Assembly: GCA_963828525.1 (NCBI GenBank)
Contig: CAWHEP010000003.1
Location: forward strand, 114,837 to 178,836
Origin: an uncultured Verrucomicrobiae bacterium
GTDB lineage: Bacteria; Verrucomicrobiota; Verrucomicrobiia; Chthoniobacterales; Chthoniobacteraceae
Direction: 5' to 3'
Length of the DNA stretch: 64,000 bases
Part shown: piece by piece, positions 44,520 through 54,831 of the stretch
How positions within the stretch are numbered: position 1 is the stretch's first letter
Layout of the letters: every line of letters begins with the position of its first letter
The notes under the pieces: model-generated
What the model saw: the letters and a program-made list of their open reading frames with translations, nothing else
The model's database searches: none
Told to the model about the DNA's origin: nothing
Translations under genes and position numbers: made by a program

Positions 44520-45521
44520 ATGGCTAACTTCGGAATAAATGGATTCGGGCGCATCGGGCGCAATGTGCTTCGGGCGATGACTCCTGCTCAACTCACAAAG
44601 GTTGCGGCCATCAATGATCTCACAGACACTCTAACCCTCGCTCATCTGCTGAAATGGGATTCTGTCCATGGCAAGTTCAACGGCGAGGTAAGTTATGACG
44701 AAAAGAACATCGTCGTTAACGGGCACAAAATTCAGATTCTGAAGGAACGCGATCCGAGTAACCTGCCATGGGGAAGCCTCGGAGTTGACGTCGTCCTGGA
44801 ATCCACTGGATTCTTTACGGCGCGCGACAAGGCTGACCTTCACATCAGCAAAGGCGGCGCCAAGCGCGTTCTCATCAGCGCTCCAGCAAAGAGCCCGGAC
44901 GCGACGATTTGTATCGGCGTGAATGATGACACGTACGATCCTTCGAAGCACTTCATTGTCTCAAACGCGAGCTGCACCACCAACTGCCTGGCGCCATTGG
45001 TCAAGGTGCTGAATGACACTTTCGGTATCGAGAGTGGCTTCATGAGCACGATTCACAGCTACACAAACGATCAGCGCATTCTTGACCTTCCTCATGAAGA
45101 TTTGAGGCGCGCCCGTTCCGCGGCGATCAACATTGTCCCTTCTTCCACCGGAGCCGCCAAGGCGATCGGGGAAGTGATTCCCGACTTGAAAGGCAAGTTG
45201 AACGGAGGCGCATTCCGGGTGCCCACGCCTGATGGTTCCGTCACCGACTTCACCGCCAACCTCAAGAAAGCCGCGACGGCGGAAACGATCAACGCGGCCT
45301 TCGCGTCGGCGGCAAAGGAAGGTCCCCTGAGCGCGGTACTTGAGTATAGTGACGAGCCGCTCGTGTTACAGGACATCGTCGGGAATCCTCACTCCTGTAT
45401 TTTCGACAGTCTGCTGACGCTTGTTTTGGGCGACAAATTCGTGAAAGTGGTGGGCTGGTATGATAACGAGTGGGGTTATAGCAACCGTTGCGTGCAGATG
45501 CTGGAGATGCTGGCGAAGTAG
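44520..45521 (+). CDS. gap: glyceraldehyde-3-phosphate dehydrogenase
   Basis: GINGFGRIGR, SNASCTTNCL, WYDNEWGYS. Confidence 0.97.
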   Translation: MANFGINGFGRIGRNVLRAMTPAQLTKVAAINDLTDTLTLAHLLKWDSVHGKFNGEVSYDEKNIVVNGHKIQILKERDPSNLPWGSLGVDVVLESTGFFTARDKADLHISKGGAKRVLISAPAKSPDATICIGVNDDTYDPSKHFIVSNASCTTNCLAPLVKVLNDTFGIESGFMSTIHSYTNDQRILDLPHEDLRRARSAAINIVPSSTGAAKAIGEVIPDLKGKLNGGAFRVPTPDGSVTDFTANLKKAATAETINAAFASAAKEGPLSAVLEYSDEPLVLQDIVGNPHSCIFDSLLTLVLGDKFVKVVGWYDNEWGYSNRCVQMLEMLAK

Positions 45522-45524
45522 GGC

Positions 45525-46737
45525 ATGGCGAAGCTTTCGATTCGTGACCTGGACCTTCAGGGCCGTCGCGTCCTCGTGCGAGTGGACTTTAACGTCCCCA
45601 TGGAAGACAAGGACGGGCACCGATCAATCACCGACGATACTCGCATCCGGGCGAGCGTGCCGACCATCGAGTATCTGCGGCGGCAAGGGGCGCGAACAAT
45701 TCTGATGTCACACCTGGGTCGTCCGAAAGGGAAGCCCGTTGAAAAGTATTCTTTGCGACCTGCTGGGATGCGGTTGCACGACCTGATTTCGCATCCGGTG
45801 GTATTCAGTCACGATACGACGGGGCCGATTGCGGAGAAAATAATCGATTCTTTGCACCCCGGCGATGTAGCGCTGCTCGAAAACCTTCGGTTTCATCCCC
45901 AGGAAGAGGCGAATGACCCGGATTTTGCGGAGTCGCTTGCAAAGCTCGGCGACGTTTACGTGAACGATGCCTTTGGGGCAGCGCATCGTGCCCACGCCTC
46001 TACTGCCGGGATTACGAGTTTCATTCCCGAAGCCGCCATGGGTTTGCTGTTGGAGAAGGAACTTCAGTATTTGAAGGAAGAATTGGCGACGCCGGATCGG
46101 CCCGTTTCTTGTCATCCTTGGAGGTTCAAAGGTTTCCGATAAGATCGGTGTCATCAAAGCGCTCATGGAAAAGGCAGATACCTTCCTGATTGGCGGGGCG
46201 ATGGCTAACACGTTTTTTAAGGCGCAAGGTATTCCGGTGGGCGCGAGCCGCGTGGAAGAGGACAAGCTCGAATTGGCGCGGGAGATCATTGAGCTGGCCA
46301 GGATCAAGGGAGTGAAGTTCCTTTTGCCCGTGGATGCTTTGGAAACACAGGACATCAAGCAGGGGGCTGTTACGCAGAATACACCGCTGCTCTCGAACGC
46401 CTCGGGCGTCAGTGAAGGCTGGCTTGCCGTCGATGCTGGCAAAGAGACAATCAGCTTGTTCAACAAAGAAATCGCCCGCGCGAAGACGGTGCTTTGGAAC
46501 GGGCCTTTGGGCATCTTTGAAATCGATGACTTTGCGACTGGAACACGAAGCGTTGCGGAAGCTTTGGCTGCGTCTGGAGCAAAGACCATTATCGGCGGTG
46601 GCGATTCCGTAACAGCGGTAACACAGTTTGGACTCGCGGAGAAGATGACCTTCATCTCCACCGGCGGGGGCGCCTCTCTGGAGTTATTGGAGGGCAAGGA
46701 GTTGCCCGGTGTAGCCGCGCTCACGAACAAGCCATAG
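45525..46737 (+). CDS. pgk: phosphoglycerate kinase, frameshift near 46102
   Basis: RVDFNVP, SHLGRP, NDAFGAAHRAH, then IGGAMANTF and STGGGASLE. Confidence 0.95.
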
Positions 46738-46744
46738 GTTGCGC

Positions 46745-47512
46745 ATGCGAAAGAAAATCATCGCGGCCAACTGGAAGATGAACATGACGGTGAATGAGGC
46801 GAACTCATTTCTCGATGTTCTTCTGAGAGAAGTCGGGCCTGACACGCCCGTCGAGGTAGTCATAGCTCCTCCTTTCACGGCGCTTTCAGACGTTTCCAGG
46901 CATTTGAACGCGGTTCAGCACATCAAGGTCGGGGCGCAAAACATGTCCGCTGAGAAGTCCGGCGCTTTTACCGGTGAGATCAGCGGCGCGATGCTGCGCG
47001 AGTTATTCACCCGTTATGTCATCCTTGGCCATAGCGAGCGGCGCAGCCTTTACGGGGAAACTGACGAACTCGTGAACCGGAAAGTGCATACCGCGTTGGA
47101 GGCAACTCTTAAACCGATCGTGTGCATCGGGGAGACTCTTGCGCAACGCGACGCCGGGGAAGTTCAAAGAGTCCTGAAAAGGCAGCTTGAAGGCAGTTTG
47201 GCCGGGCTGGGCGTTAAGGAAATGCATGATATTGTGCTCGCCTACGAGCCGGTCTGGGCGATCGGCACAGGCCGCACCGCGACACCTGAGCAGGCACAGG
47301 AGGCTCACGCATTTGCGCGCGCGACTGTGGCATCTCTCTTTGACCAATCATGCGCTGAGAAGGTTCGCATTCAGTATGGAGGGAGCGTAAAGCCCAACAA
47401 CGCCGAAGCACTGATGAGGTTGCCTGATATCGATGGCGCGCTCGTCGGAGGCGCCAGCCTTGACGCCAGGGGTTTCGCGGAAATCATCCACGCCACTGAA
47501 AAGGCGCTTTAG
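46745..47512 (+). CDS. tpiA: triosephosphate isomerase
   Basis: ANWKMN, GHSERR, AYEPVWAIGTG, YGGSV, LVGGAS. Confidence 0.97.
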   Translation: MRKKIIAANWKMNMTVNEANSFLDVLLREVGPDTPVEVVIAPPFTALSDVSRHLNAVQHIKVGAQNMSAEKSGAFTGEISGAMLRELFTRYVILGHSERRSLYGETDELVNRKVHTALEATLKPIVCIGETLAQRDAGEVQRVLKRQLEGSLAGLGVKEMHDIVLAYEPVWAIGTGRTATPEQAQEAHAFARATVASLFDQSCAEKVRIQYGGSVKPNNAEALMRLPDIDGALVGGASLDARGFAEIIHATEKAL

Positions 47513-48999
47513 GCGCCAGTGGCGGCAGGCAGATTCTCCCCGTCTGTGGGGCTTAGCGGCAGATAAACAGCGACCTCAAAGCCTTGGGGAACGCAATTAC
47601 GCGCCTTCACATAGCCACCGCAGGACTCGACGCACGATTTCACAATAGCCAGGCCGAGCCCCACACCTCCAGAGTCACGCGTTCGAGCCTCGTCCAGGCG
47701 ATAGAAAGCGTCGAATATCCGCGTGATCTCAGTTTCCGGCACACCACAACCGGAATCCACGACGCGGATTATCCCCATGCCATCCGAACGTTCTCCGCTA
47801 ACCGTGATGGTGCCCCCCTGGCCCGCGTATCGCGCCGCGTTTCGCAACAGATTTGCCAGCGCGCGGCCAAGCAGAGCGGAATCGGCCAGCACAAAGAGAT
47901 CTTCAGGGATCTCATTGCGAATGCGGATCGCTTCAGAAGCCTCTTCAGCTATACAGTTGGCTGCCAGTTGATGAATCCCCACGGGCAGCGGGTTGATGGG
48001 GGAGCTTACAAATGAAGCCTTGGAGAATGCGAGAAGGTCATTCACGAGAGAGGAAATCTGATTTGCCTTCTCCATGGCTGATCTGACATAACCCCCCTGC
48101 CCCTCCACAGCCCGTTGTTCCAGGATGCCGAGCGCCATCTGCAGTCGCGCCAGTGGCGAACAGAGTTCGTGGGCGACATCGCCAAGAAACCGCTTCTGCC
48201 CGTTCAGGAATCCATCCAGGCGAGAGGCCATCTGGTTTATGGTGTCTCCTAGAACTCCGAGTTCATCCTGTCGGCGAACCCGAACTCTTGCGTCGAAGCG
48301 TCCATCGGCAATACGGCGGGTGACAAGGCTCATCTGGGCAATGGACGCCGTCATGCCCCGCACCAAGGGCAGCCAGAAAAGAACCGAGAAGACAACAGCA
48401 CCGGCCGCTAACTTCAGCCATGGAGTGAAGTCGAACAACAATCCACCAAGGCTAAGAGAGGTCGCTTCGACGAGAAGGATCACGTGCATGGATCCGCCGA
48501 CCTGCGGATTATCGATGCGCGAGCCGAGTAGCAGCCAGTAGCGCGCCGGATTGGATGTGCGGATGAGCGCTCTCCCGAGGCGACGCCTCGCATCCGGCTT
48601 GCGTGGCGAGGAAGATGGCGACAGCTTCATCCGAGAGGTTGGAACCGGGACACTCTGCGCCTCCGCGCCTCCGCTTGCGAAGCGCTCCCGCACCTCGGGC
48701 GGCAGGGCGACAGAAGCTCCTATTAACTGTGTTCCTTCGTCGTCGAACAATGCGAAGCGGGTGCCATACGCCTGACTGAAGCGCTCTATAACGCGATCCC
48801 AATCATCGGGCGGTGTCACATTGAGTTCTCCGGCGAGCAACTCTCTCATCGCATTCACCCGCTGCCCGGCGCTGCTGGCCAGCAGCCAGTCCATATTGAA
48901 CTGAAATTGCGCGTTGAAGAGGAGCAAGAACACCGCGCAGAGCACAGCCAGGTTCAGGAAGAACCATCCCATGATCTTTGCGTAAAGCGGAAATCGCAC
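47509..48999 (-). CDS. HAMP-domain sensor histidine kinase (CpxA-like)
   Basis: Two TMs, HAMP, H-box VAHELCSPL, NLLRNA, DSGCG, GVGLGL. Confidence 0.93.
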   Translation of the reverse strand: MRFPLYAKIMGWFFLNLAVLCAVFLLLFNAQFQFNMDWLLASSAGQRVNAMRELLAGELNVTPPDDWDRVIERFSQAYGTRFALFDDEGTQLIGASVALPPEVRERFASGGAEAQSVPVPTSRMKLSPSSSPRKPDARRRLGRALIRTSNPARYWLLLGSRIDNPQVGGSMHVILLVEATSLSLGGLLFDFTPWLKLAAGAVVFSVLFWLPLVRGMTASIAQMSLVTRRIADGRFDARVRVRRQDELGVLGDTINQMASRLDGFLNGQKRFLGDVAHELCSPLARLQMALGILEQRAVEGQGGYVRSAMEKANQISSLVNDLLAFSKASFVSSPINPLPVGIHQLAANCIAEEASEAIRIRNEIPEDLFVLADSALLGRALANLLRNAARYAGQGGTITVSGERSDGMGIIRVVDSGCGVPETEITRIFDAFYRLDEARTRDSGGVGLGLAIVKSCVESCGGYVKARNCVPQGFEVAVYLPLSPTDGENLPAATGA

Positions 49000-49008
49000 G
49001 TGTGAAGC

Positions 49009-49704
49009 CTACCCGTTCTCGGGATTTATAAGCATGTATCCAGAAGCGCGTACAGTTTGTATGAAGCGCGGTGTCTTGGGATCGTCTCCCAGCTTGCGCC
49101 GTAATGCCCAAATGTGAACGTCGATGGATCGATCCAATCCATCATAGGAGCGGTCACCCAACGCCTGAATGAGATGATCCCGTGTTTTCACGCGCCCCGG
49201 CGAGCGCGCCAGAATTAGTAGAAGATCGAATTCGAGAGGAGTGAGCTTCAAGGGGGCGCTTCCAAGTATCGCGACTCTGGAGGCCGTGCTGATGCGCAGA
49301 GCGCCGACAATGATCTCCGCCTCCTCCGGCTTGGCAGGGAGTGGCCGTTGAGCCCTCCGGGTGACCGCGCGAAGCCGCGCCAGGAGCTCGCGGGAAGAGA
49401 ACGTCTTCGGAAGATAATCGTCAGCGCCCAATTCCAGTCCGACAATCCGATCCGTTTCATCCCCGCGCGCTGTCAGCATCAACACTGGAACTTCAGAATG
49501 TTTTCTTAGCCGTTTCACCACCTCGAAACCGTCCATTCCGGGCAACATCAGATCGACAATGACCGCTGAGAAACTCTCCTCGAGAGCGCGCTCAAGCCCG
49601 CTCGTTCCGGTATGTTCGACGGCAACTTCGTAGCCAAGCGGCCGAAGGTATTCTCCTATAAGCCCGCATAACTCCGTATCATCGTCAATCACCAGCACTT
49701 TCAT
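49009..49704 (-). CDS. OmpR-family response regulator (CpxR-like)
   Basis: Receiver (IDDD, DLMLP, GADDYLPK) plus winged helix (DRSIDVHI..LRRKL, IQTVR). Confidence 0.95.
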   Translation of the reverse strand: MKVLVIDDDTELCGLIGEYLRPLGYEVAVEHTGTSGLERALEESFSAVIVDLMLPGMDGFEVVKRLRKHSEVPVLMLTARGDETDRIVGLELGADDYLPKTFSSRELLARLRAVTRRAQRPLPAKPEEAEIIVGALRISTASRVAILGSAPLKLTPLEFDLLLILARSPGRVKTRDHLIQALGDRSYDGLDRSIDVHIWALRRKLGDDPKTPRFIQTVRASGYMLINPENG

Positions 49705-49789
49705 CGTTGCGGGCCCATAATAGCCGGGCCGGGTAATTTGGTAAGACTTAAAGGGACTGCGCCGGGGCTCTGGCGGCGACTGGCATCAG

Positions 49790-49810
49790 TTAACGAATTC
49801 TTAACAATTC
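49790..49810. promoter_or_regulatory. tandem direct repeat, putative OmpR-family binding box
   Basis: TTAACGAATTC-TTAACAATTC with 11-bp period in the divergent intergenic region. Confidence 0.55.
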
Positions 49811-49930
49811 TACGGGCAGATTCAAATGGGGCCTTAATATTCGCGTCGTAATGTAACTGTGGATCGCATGCTTTTCTCCGGTCCGACTACATACAGGGAA
49901 GAGCAACCCATTCCCAAAAAAGAAATTCCC

Positions 49931-50494
49931 ATGAGAACAAACATCATCCTATCGGCCTGCGCTGCAGGCCTTCTTATCAATGGCTCCCACCTCGCTGCGC
50001 AGGATCAGCCGCCACCTGCCGCGCCCTCGGCAACCGTATCAGCTACAGTTGCGCCCGCCGCTACGCCTGCGTCCCCGCCCAACGCGGATCGGATGGCACA
50101 ATTCCGCCAGCGGATGAACGATAGGCTGAAGACGGCATTGAAGGTAAACGACGACGAGTGGAACGTCATTCAGCCCCTTCTCGAAAAGGTCCAGACGAAG
50201 CTGCGTGATTCAAGTCCAATGCGCATGTGGGGTGGAAGAAATCGCGCCGGCGGTCAAGGGAACAACAACGGAAATAATCAGCCCCCGGTGGCCGGCTCTG
50301 GCGATTCGGAGGCCCTCCGCGCGGCTCTGGACTCCGATGCCACCACGCCCGATGAGATCAAGGCGAAGCTTGAAGCATTGAGGGAATCGCGTAAGAAGTC
50401 GCTCGCGGAACTCGCGCAAGCTCGCGAGGATCTCCGCAAAGTTCTCACTCAGCGTCAGGAAGCTACGCTCGTGCTGATGGGGATGTTGGACTAA
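49931..50494 (+). CDS. secreted helical protein (Spy/CpxP-like)
   Basis: Signal peptide; VLTQRQ resembles the LTxxQ motif; first gene of the T2SS operon. Confidence 0.7.
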   Translation: MRTNIILSACAAGLLINGSHLAAQDQPPPAAPSATVSATVAPAATPASPPNADRMAQFRQRMNDRLKTALKVNDDEWNVIQPLLEKVQTKLRDSSPMRMWGGRNRAGGQGNNNGNNQPPVAGSGDSEALRAALDSDATTPDEIKAKLEALRESRKKSLAELAQAREDLRKVLTQRQEATLVLMGMLD

Positions 50495-52210
50495 GTGTCG
50501 TCCGCAGTTATGCAGACCAGCGGTGCCGACTCGGCACTCGCGCTTTTGACGCGCATGGTGGAGAGCCGGCAGCTCTCCGCCATGGACGCGAGCTCATTGG
50601 GGGGGCTGGCGTCAGCCGGTTTGGCGCATGTCACCAGCGAGGAGGAGGCTCTCCAATGGCTCGCAAAAGAATACGGCCTGAGCTACACCCCATTGGATAA
50701 TGTCGAACCGGAGCGTTCGCTTCTCACCCGCTTTCCAGCTCGCATTCTCCTCAAGGAGGAGCTCCTTCCGCTGAGGGAAATCGATGGGCGCATTGAGGTG
50801 GCGCTCAGCCGATTGTTTGCCGAGCCGGGGCTCGACAGTCTCAAAGTCTTTACCGAACTCGAGCTTCAGCCAGTCCTCGCGCCCGGGGAGGCTCTGCAGC
50901 GGGAGATCAAAAAGCATCTCGGCGTCGGCGCCGATACCCTGAACCTGCTCGAGCAGGAAGAAGGTTTTCAAGTCTTATCGCAAGACACGGAAGATCAGGG
51001 CGATCTCGATAAAGCGGCTGCCGATGCTTCAATCATCCGTTTCGTGAATCAGATCCTTGGGGACGCGATTTCCTTGCGGACCTCGGATGTCCATGTTGAG
51101 CCGTTCGAGCACGAGTTGCGCATCCGTTATCGTATCGATGGGCTCCTCCAGGAAGTGTCGGTTCCAGCGCAGATCAAGCGATTCCAACCGGCGATAGTCT
51201 CGCGCATCAAAATTCTCAGCAATCTGAACATCGCGGAAAAACGCGTTCCGCAGGATGGGCGCATCAAGATACGGGTAAAGAGCAGTGATGTGGATATCCG
51301 TGTTTCCGTCATTCCGATGTTGCACGGCGAGGCTGTGGTCATGCGGTTGCTTCGGCAGGACGCCGGCCTCATCGGTCTGGACGGCCTCGGCATGGCGGAG
51401 CGCGAGCGGAAGCTGTTTGAACATGTGCTCGAGATGCCGCATGGAATCGCGCTGGTAACGGGTCCGACCGGAAGCGGCAAAACAACGACTCTCTACAGCG
51501 CGCTTACGCAGATCAACGATCTTACCCGCAAGATCATCACTATCGAAGACCCGGTGGAATACCAATTGAAGGGTATCAACCAAATCCAGGTCGCGGAGAA
51601 GGCCGGACTGACCTTTGGACGAGGGCTTCGGGCTATCCTGCGGCACGATCCGGATGTGGTGCTGGTGGGAGAAATCCGGGACCAGGAGACCGCGCAGATC
51701 GCTGTGCAGGCCTCGTTGACGGGTCACATGGTATTTTCCACTTTGCATACCAACGACGCGCCGGGCGCTCTGACACGGCTCGTCGATATGGGAGTGGAGC
51801 CTTATCTGGTTGCGTCCTCGCTCGAGGCGGTTATCGCGCAGCGCCTTGTGCGCGTTCTGTGTCCAGAGTGCAAGCGAGAGGACGTTTCCGCGAGAACCGC
51901 GGCGCTGCGCGAGAGAGTGGATGCTTTGAAACAGGCGAATATCTTCTCCGCGGTGGGATGCAAGGCATGCCGCCTCACGGGCTTTTCAGGGCGGCAAGCG
52001 TTGTTCGAGATGATGACAATGAGCACAGGCATCCGGCAGGCTCTTCTTCGAGGCGCCTCCAGCGTGGAGATCAAGGATGTTGCCCGCCGCGAAGGAATGC
52101 GAATGCTGATACAGGACGGGTGGAGATTGGTCTGCCTCGGTGTCACCACTCCCTCCGAAGTTCTCCGCGTCTCCAAGGAGGAGGACGCGCCCATAGAGCC
52201 GCTAACCTAA
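50495..52210 (+). CDS. gspE: type II secretion ATPase
   Basis: GPTGSGKTT, TIEDPVEY, LRHDPD..GEIRD, STLHTND, CPEC..CKAC. Confidence 0.93.
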   Translation: MSSAVMQTSGADSALALLTRMVESRQLSAMDASSLGGLASAGLAHVTSEEEALQWLAKEYGLSYTPLDNVEPERSLLTRFPARILLKEELLPLREIDGRIEVALSRLFAEPGLDSLKVFTELELQPVLAPGEALQREIKKHLGVGADTLNLLEQEEGFQVLSQDTEDQGDLDKAAADASIIRFVNQILGDAISLRTSDVHVEPFEHELRIRYRIDGLLQEVSVPAQIKRFQPAIVSRIKILSNLNIAEKRVPQDGRIKIRVKSSDVDIRVSVIPMLHGEAVVMRLLRQDAGLIGLDGLGMAERERKLFEHVLEMPHGIALVTGPTGSGKTTTLYSALTQINDLTRKIITIEDPVEYQLKGINQIQVAEKAGLTFGRGLRAILRHDPDVVLVGEIRDQETAQIAVQASLTGHMVFSTLHTNDAPGALTRLVDMGVEPYLVASSLEAVIAQRLVRVLCPECKREDVSARTAALRERVDALKQANIFSAVGCKACRLTGFSGRQALFEMMTMSTGIRQALLRGASSVEIKDVARREGMRMLIQDGWRLVCLGVTTPSEVLRVSKEEDAPIEPLT

Positions 52211-52211
52211 C

Positions 52212-53462
52212 ATGCCCCTTTTTACCTACAGAGCGCTCCAGCCGAACGGCTCCGTGATGGAAGGCGCGATCGATGCGAGCGGGCGGCAGGACGCCATGCG
52301 GATGATTGAGCAACGCGGCCTCACGCCGCTCCGTCTTTCGGAAAAAACGGCGCAGAATGGAAGCTCGCAGGCCGTCAAAAGCGCCAGGCTTCCGTCAACG
52401 GGCAAGTGGAGTTTCGAGTCAAAAAAGGTTTCTTTTGCGTCCCTCGAAGATTTTACACGGTCTCTCTCCAGCCTGCTGACCGCGGGGGTCCCGCTGAGCA
52501 GGGGCCTGACCATCCTATACAAGGAAACGTCACAGCCAGCCGCCGCGGCGAAGTGGCGCGAATTGCATGATCTGGTAATTGACGGCGTTTCGCTGGCGGA
52601 TGCCATGAGCCGGTCGCCCGACGTATTTCCGAGGGTGTATGTAGCCATGGTCGAGTCGGGCGAGGCAGGTGGTTTTCTCGACGTGGTTCTCGGACAAATC
52701 GCCGATTTCCAAGCCCGCGAGAAGGAGCTTCGCGCGAAGGTGATGTCCGCGCTGATGTATCCGGCGGTTCTTCTCTTCCTGGCGGTAGGTGTCCTCATTT
52801 TTCTAATGGTTTTTTTCATCCCGCGCTTCCAGACACTTTTTGAAGGATTTGATGCCGCGCTTCCGCTGTTGACACAGGTGATCGTCGCGACGAGCAGCGC
52901 GGTGCGTCATTACGGGCTCTACATCGCGGCTGCCTTGGGCGCGGGAATCTATTTCGGGCGTCATTGGTTTGCGCGGGACAGCAGCCGCCGCTCGTGGGAG
53001 ATGCTGCTGCTTCGCGCTCCGGTCGTGGGACCGCTGGCGGCCCAGTTGGCGATGGCGCGATTCTGCAGGATGCTGGGCACTTTGTTAGGCGCCGGAGTCT
53101 CGCTGATGAGCGGCCTGAATGTCGCGAGGCGTTCACTCGGTTACCAGGTGCTTATTGACCTTGTCGCGGATGCCACCGAGCGCGTGCAAAAGGGCGAACC
53201 ACTGGCGGCAAGTCTCGCCGACTGTCGCGCGTTGTTCCCCGGTTCTTCGCTGGAGATGATTTCCGTCGCGGAGGAGAGCGGAAGGCTTGATCAAGAACTC
53301 GTGCGCCTCGCGGCAGTGACTGAAATTACCCTGGACCGGCAATTAAAGACAGCCGTGTCGCTTGCCGAACCGCTCATGCTCTTCGTTATCGCGGGCTTCA
53401 TCGGAGTAATTTTTATTGGGATGGTAATCCCGATTTTCACCATCCAGGACTACATAAAATGA
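52212..53462 (+). CDS. gspF: type II secretion inner-membrane platform protein
   Basis: LLTAGVPL, GEAGGFL, SALMYP, EESGRL, EPL. Confidence 0.92.
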   Translation: MPLFTYRALQPNGSVMEGAIDASGRQDAMRMIEQRGLTPLRLSEKTAQNGSSQAVKSARLPSTGKWSFESKKVSFASLEDFTRSLSSLLTAGVPLSRGLTILYKETSQPAAAAKWRELHDLVIDGVSLADAMSRSPDVFPRVYVAMVESGEAGGFLDVVLGQIADFQAREKELRAKVMSALMYPAVLLFLAVGVLIFLMVFFIPRFQTLFEGFDAALPLLTQVIVATSSAVRHYGLYIAAALGAGIYFGRHWFARDSSRRSWEMLLLRAPVVGPLAAQLAMARFCRMLGTLLGAGVSLMSGLNVARRSLGYQVLIDLVADATERVQKGEPLAASLADCRALFPGSSLEMISVAEESGRLDQELVRLAAVTEITLDRQLKTAVSLAEPLMLFVIAGFIGVIFIGMVIPIFTIQDYIK

Positions 53463-53923
53463 GAATAAAACAAACAAACATGAAAAACCTAACGACCCCA
53501 AAACTTCACCGCCATCAGGGCTTCACCCTTGTTGAGATGCTGCTTGTGTTGGTCATCCTTGCCACTCTTGCGGCCATCGTAATCCCGAAGTTCGCCGGCC
53601 GCAGCCAGCAGGCAAAGGTTACCGCGGCGCAGTCGCAGCTTACCAGTCTTGAAATGGCATTGGACGCGTTTGAAGTGGATAATGGTTACTATCCCAAGAG
53701 CGGCGCGCTGAATGAATTAATCGACCAGCCCGCGAACGCCGCCAACTGGAAAGGCCCCTATCTGAAAAAGGGAATACCGCTCGACCCTTGGGGTAACGCC
53801 TACACCTACGAATATCCAGGCAAGCACAGCCCAAATGGTTACGACCTTCTTTCGCCTGGTCCGGATGGTCGTCCCGGCACCGACGATGACATCAACAACT
53901 GGGATCAAAATAAAAAGCCGTAA
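53459..53923 (+). CDS. gspG: major pseudopilin
   Basis: GFTLVEML, WKGPYL, DPWGNAY, GPDGRPGTDDDINNW. Confidence 0.95.
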   Translation: MRIKQTNMKNLTTPKLHRHQGFTLVEMLLVLVILATLAAIVIPKFAGRSQQAKVTAAQSQLTSLEMALDAFEVDNGYYPKSGALNELIDQPANAANWKGPYLKKGIPLDPWGNAYTYEYPGKHSPNGYDLLSPGPDGRPGTDDDINNWDQNKKP

Positions 53924-54425
53924 TCCTAACGCCGCGGGCTTCACCCTCGTTGAGTTGATCCTGGTAATGGGGCTGCTTACCACCATCATGGCTCTTGCCG
54001 TTCCCTCCCTTGCTCATTCCTTTCGACGGCGGAACCTCGAGCAGGAAGCGGTTCGCTTTGTCGCTGTCACGGAGTACGCCCGCAACGAAGCGGTTTCTGA
54101 AGGCATCCCCACCACCGTGTGGATCGAGCCGGATTCCGGACGCTTCGGGGTGGACGCCTCCGCGGGGTACGTGATGGGCAACGCGCAGCGGAAAGAGTTC
54201 TCCCTTGGCGCGGAACTCCACTTTGACCTGGCCGCTTCCGGAGAAGCGCAGACAGGCCGCGTCACACCCATTCAATTCGATCCGGACGGAACGCCAGCCG
54301 TGGATAATGTCGAAACGATTCAAATCCTGGATCGATCGATGGCGTCGGTCTCCGTCGCGCAGACTGCTGATTCGTGGGGATACGAACTTTTAAAGGAGGG
54401 AAGCCTTGCGCCACAGCACAAGTAA
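53886..54425 (+). CDS. gspH: minor pseudopilin H-like
   Basis: GFTLVELILV, ARNEAV, FDPDG; start overlaps the gspG end. Confidence 0.8.
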   Translation: MTSTTGIKIKSRNPNAAGFTLVELILVMGLLTTIMALAVPSLAHSFRRRNLEQEAVRFVAVTEYARNEAVSEGIPTTVWIEPDSGRFGVDASAGYVMGNAQRKEFSLGAELHFDLAASGEAQTGRVTPIQFDPDGTPAVDNVETIQILDRSMASVSVAQTADSWGYELLKEGSLAPQHK

Positions 54426-54831
54426 CCTCATCCCACAGCGGGCTTTCACCTTTATCGAGGTGCTCGCGGCGCTCCTTTTCCTCGCCATTCTCCTGCCAGT
54501 CATCGCGGGAGCTTTGAGCATATCCAACCGCGCGTCGATCATTTCCGAGCGCAGCGTGACTGCCGGTGAATTGGCGGAGAACAAGCTCAACGAGCTGTTA
54601 ATCGGAAGCGCATGGGCAAGTTCTTCCGAGACGAAAGGTGACTTTGGCCAGGATCAGCCCGGTTTCCGATGGGAACTTAGCCAAAGCGGCTGGACGGGCG
54701 ATCCATCGAACCCGATGACGCTTTTAACAATGGCTGTTTTCTTCCCCGTTCAGGGCCAGGAAAGAAGCGTGCGCCTTTCTACTTTGGTGACCACGCAGAC
54801 AACCGGGACGAATTCGCCGCCCTCAACCTGA
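54406..54831 (+). CDS. gspI: minor pseudopilin I-like
   Basis: AFTFIEVLAAL, LAENKLNE; gene order. Confidence 0.78.
   Translation: MRHSTSNLIPQRAFTFIEVLAALLFLAILLPVIAGALSISNRASIISERSVTAGELAENKLNELLIGSAWASSSETKGDFGQDQPGFRWELSQSGWTGDPSNPMTLLTMAVFFPVQGQERSVRLSTLVTTQTTGTNSPPST

Noticed and set aside
23236..46737. Programmed frameshifting or pseudogenes in trpG, ilvB and pgk
   Set aside because: The indels sit in short C/G runs without slippery-site context and are spread across the window; sequencing error is simpler.
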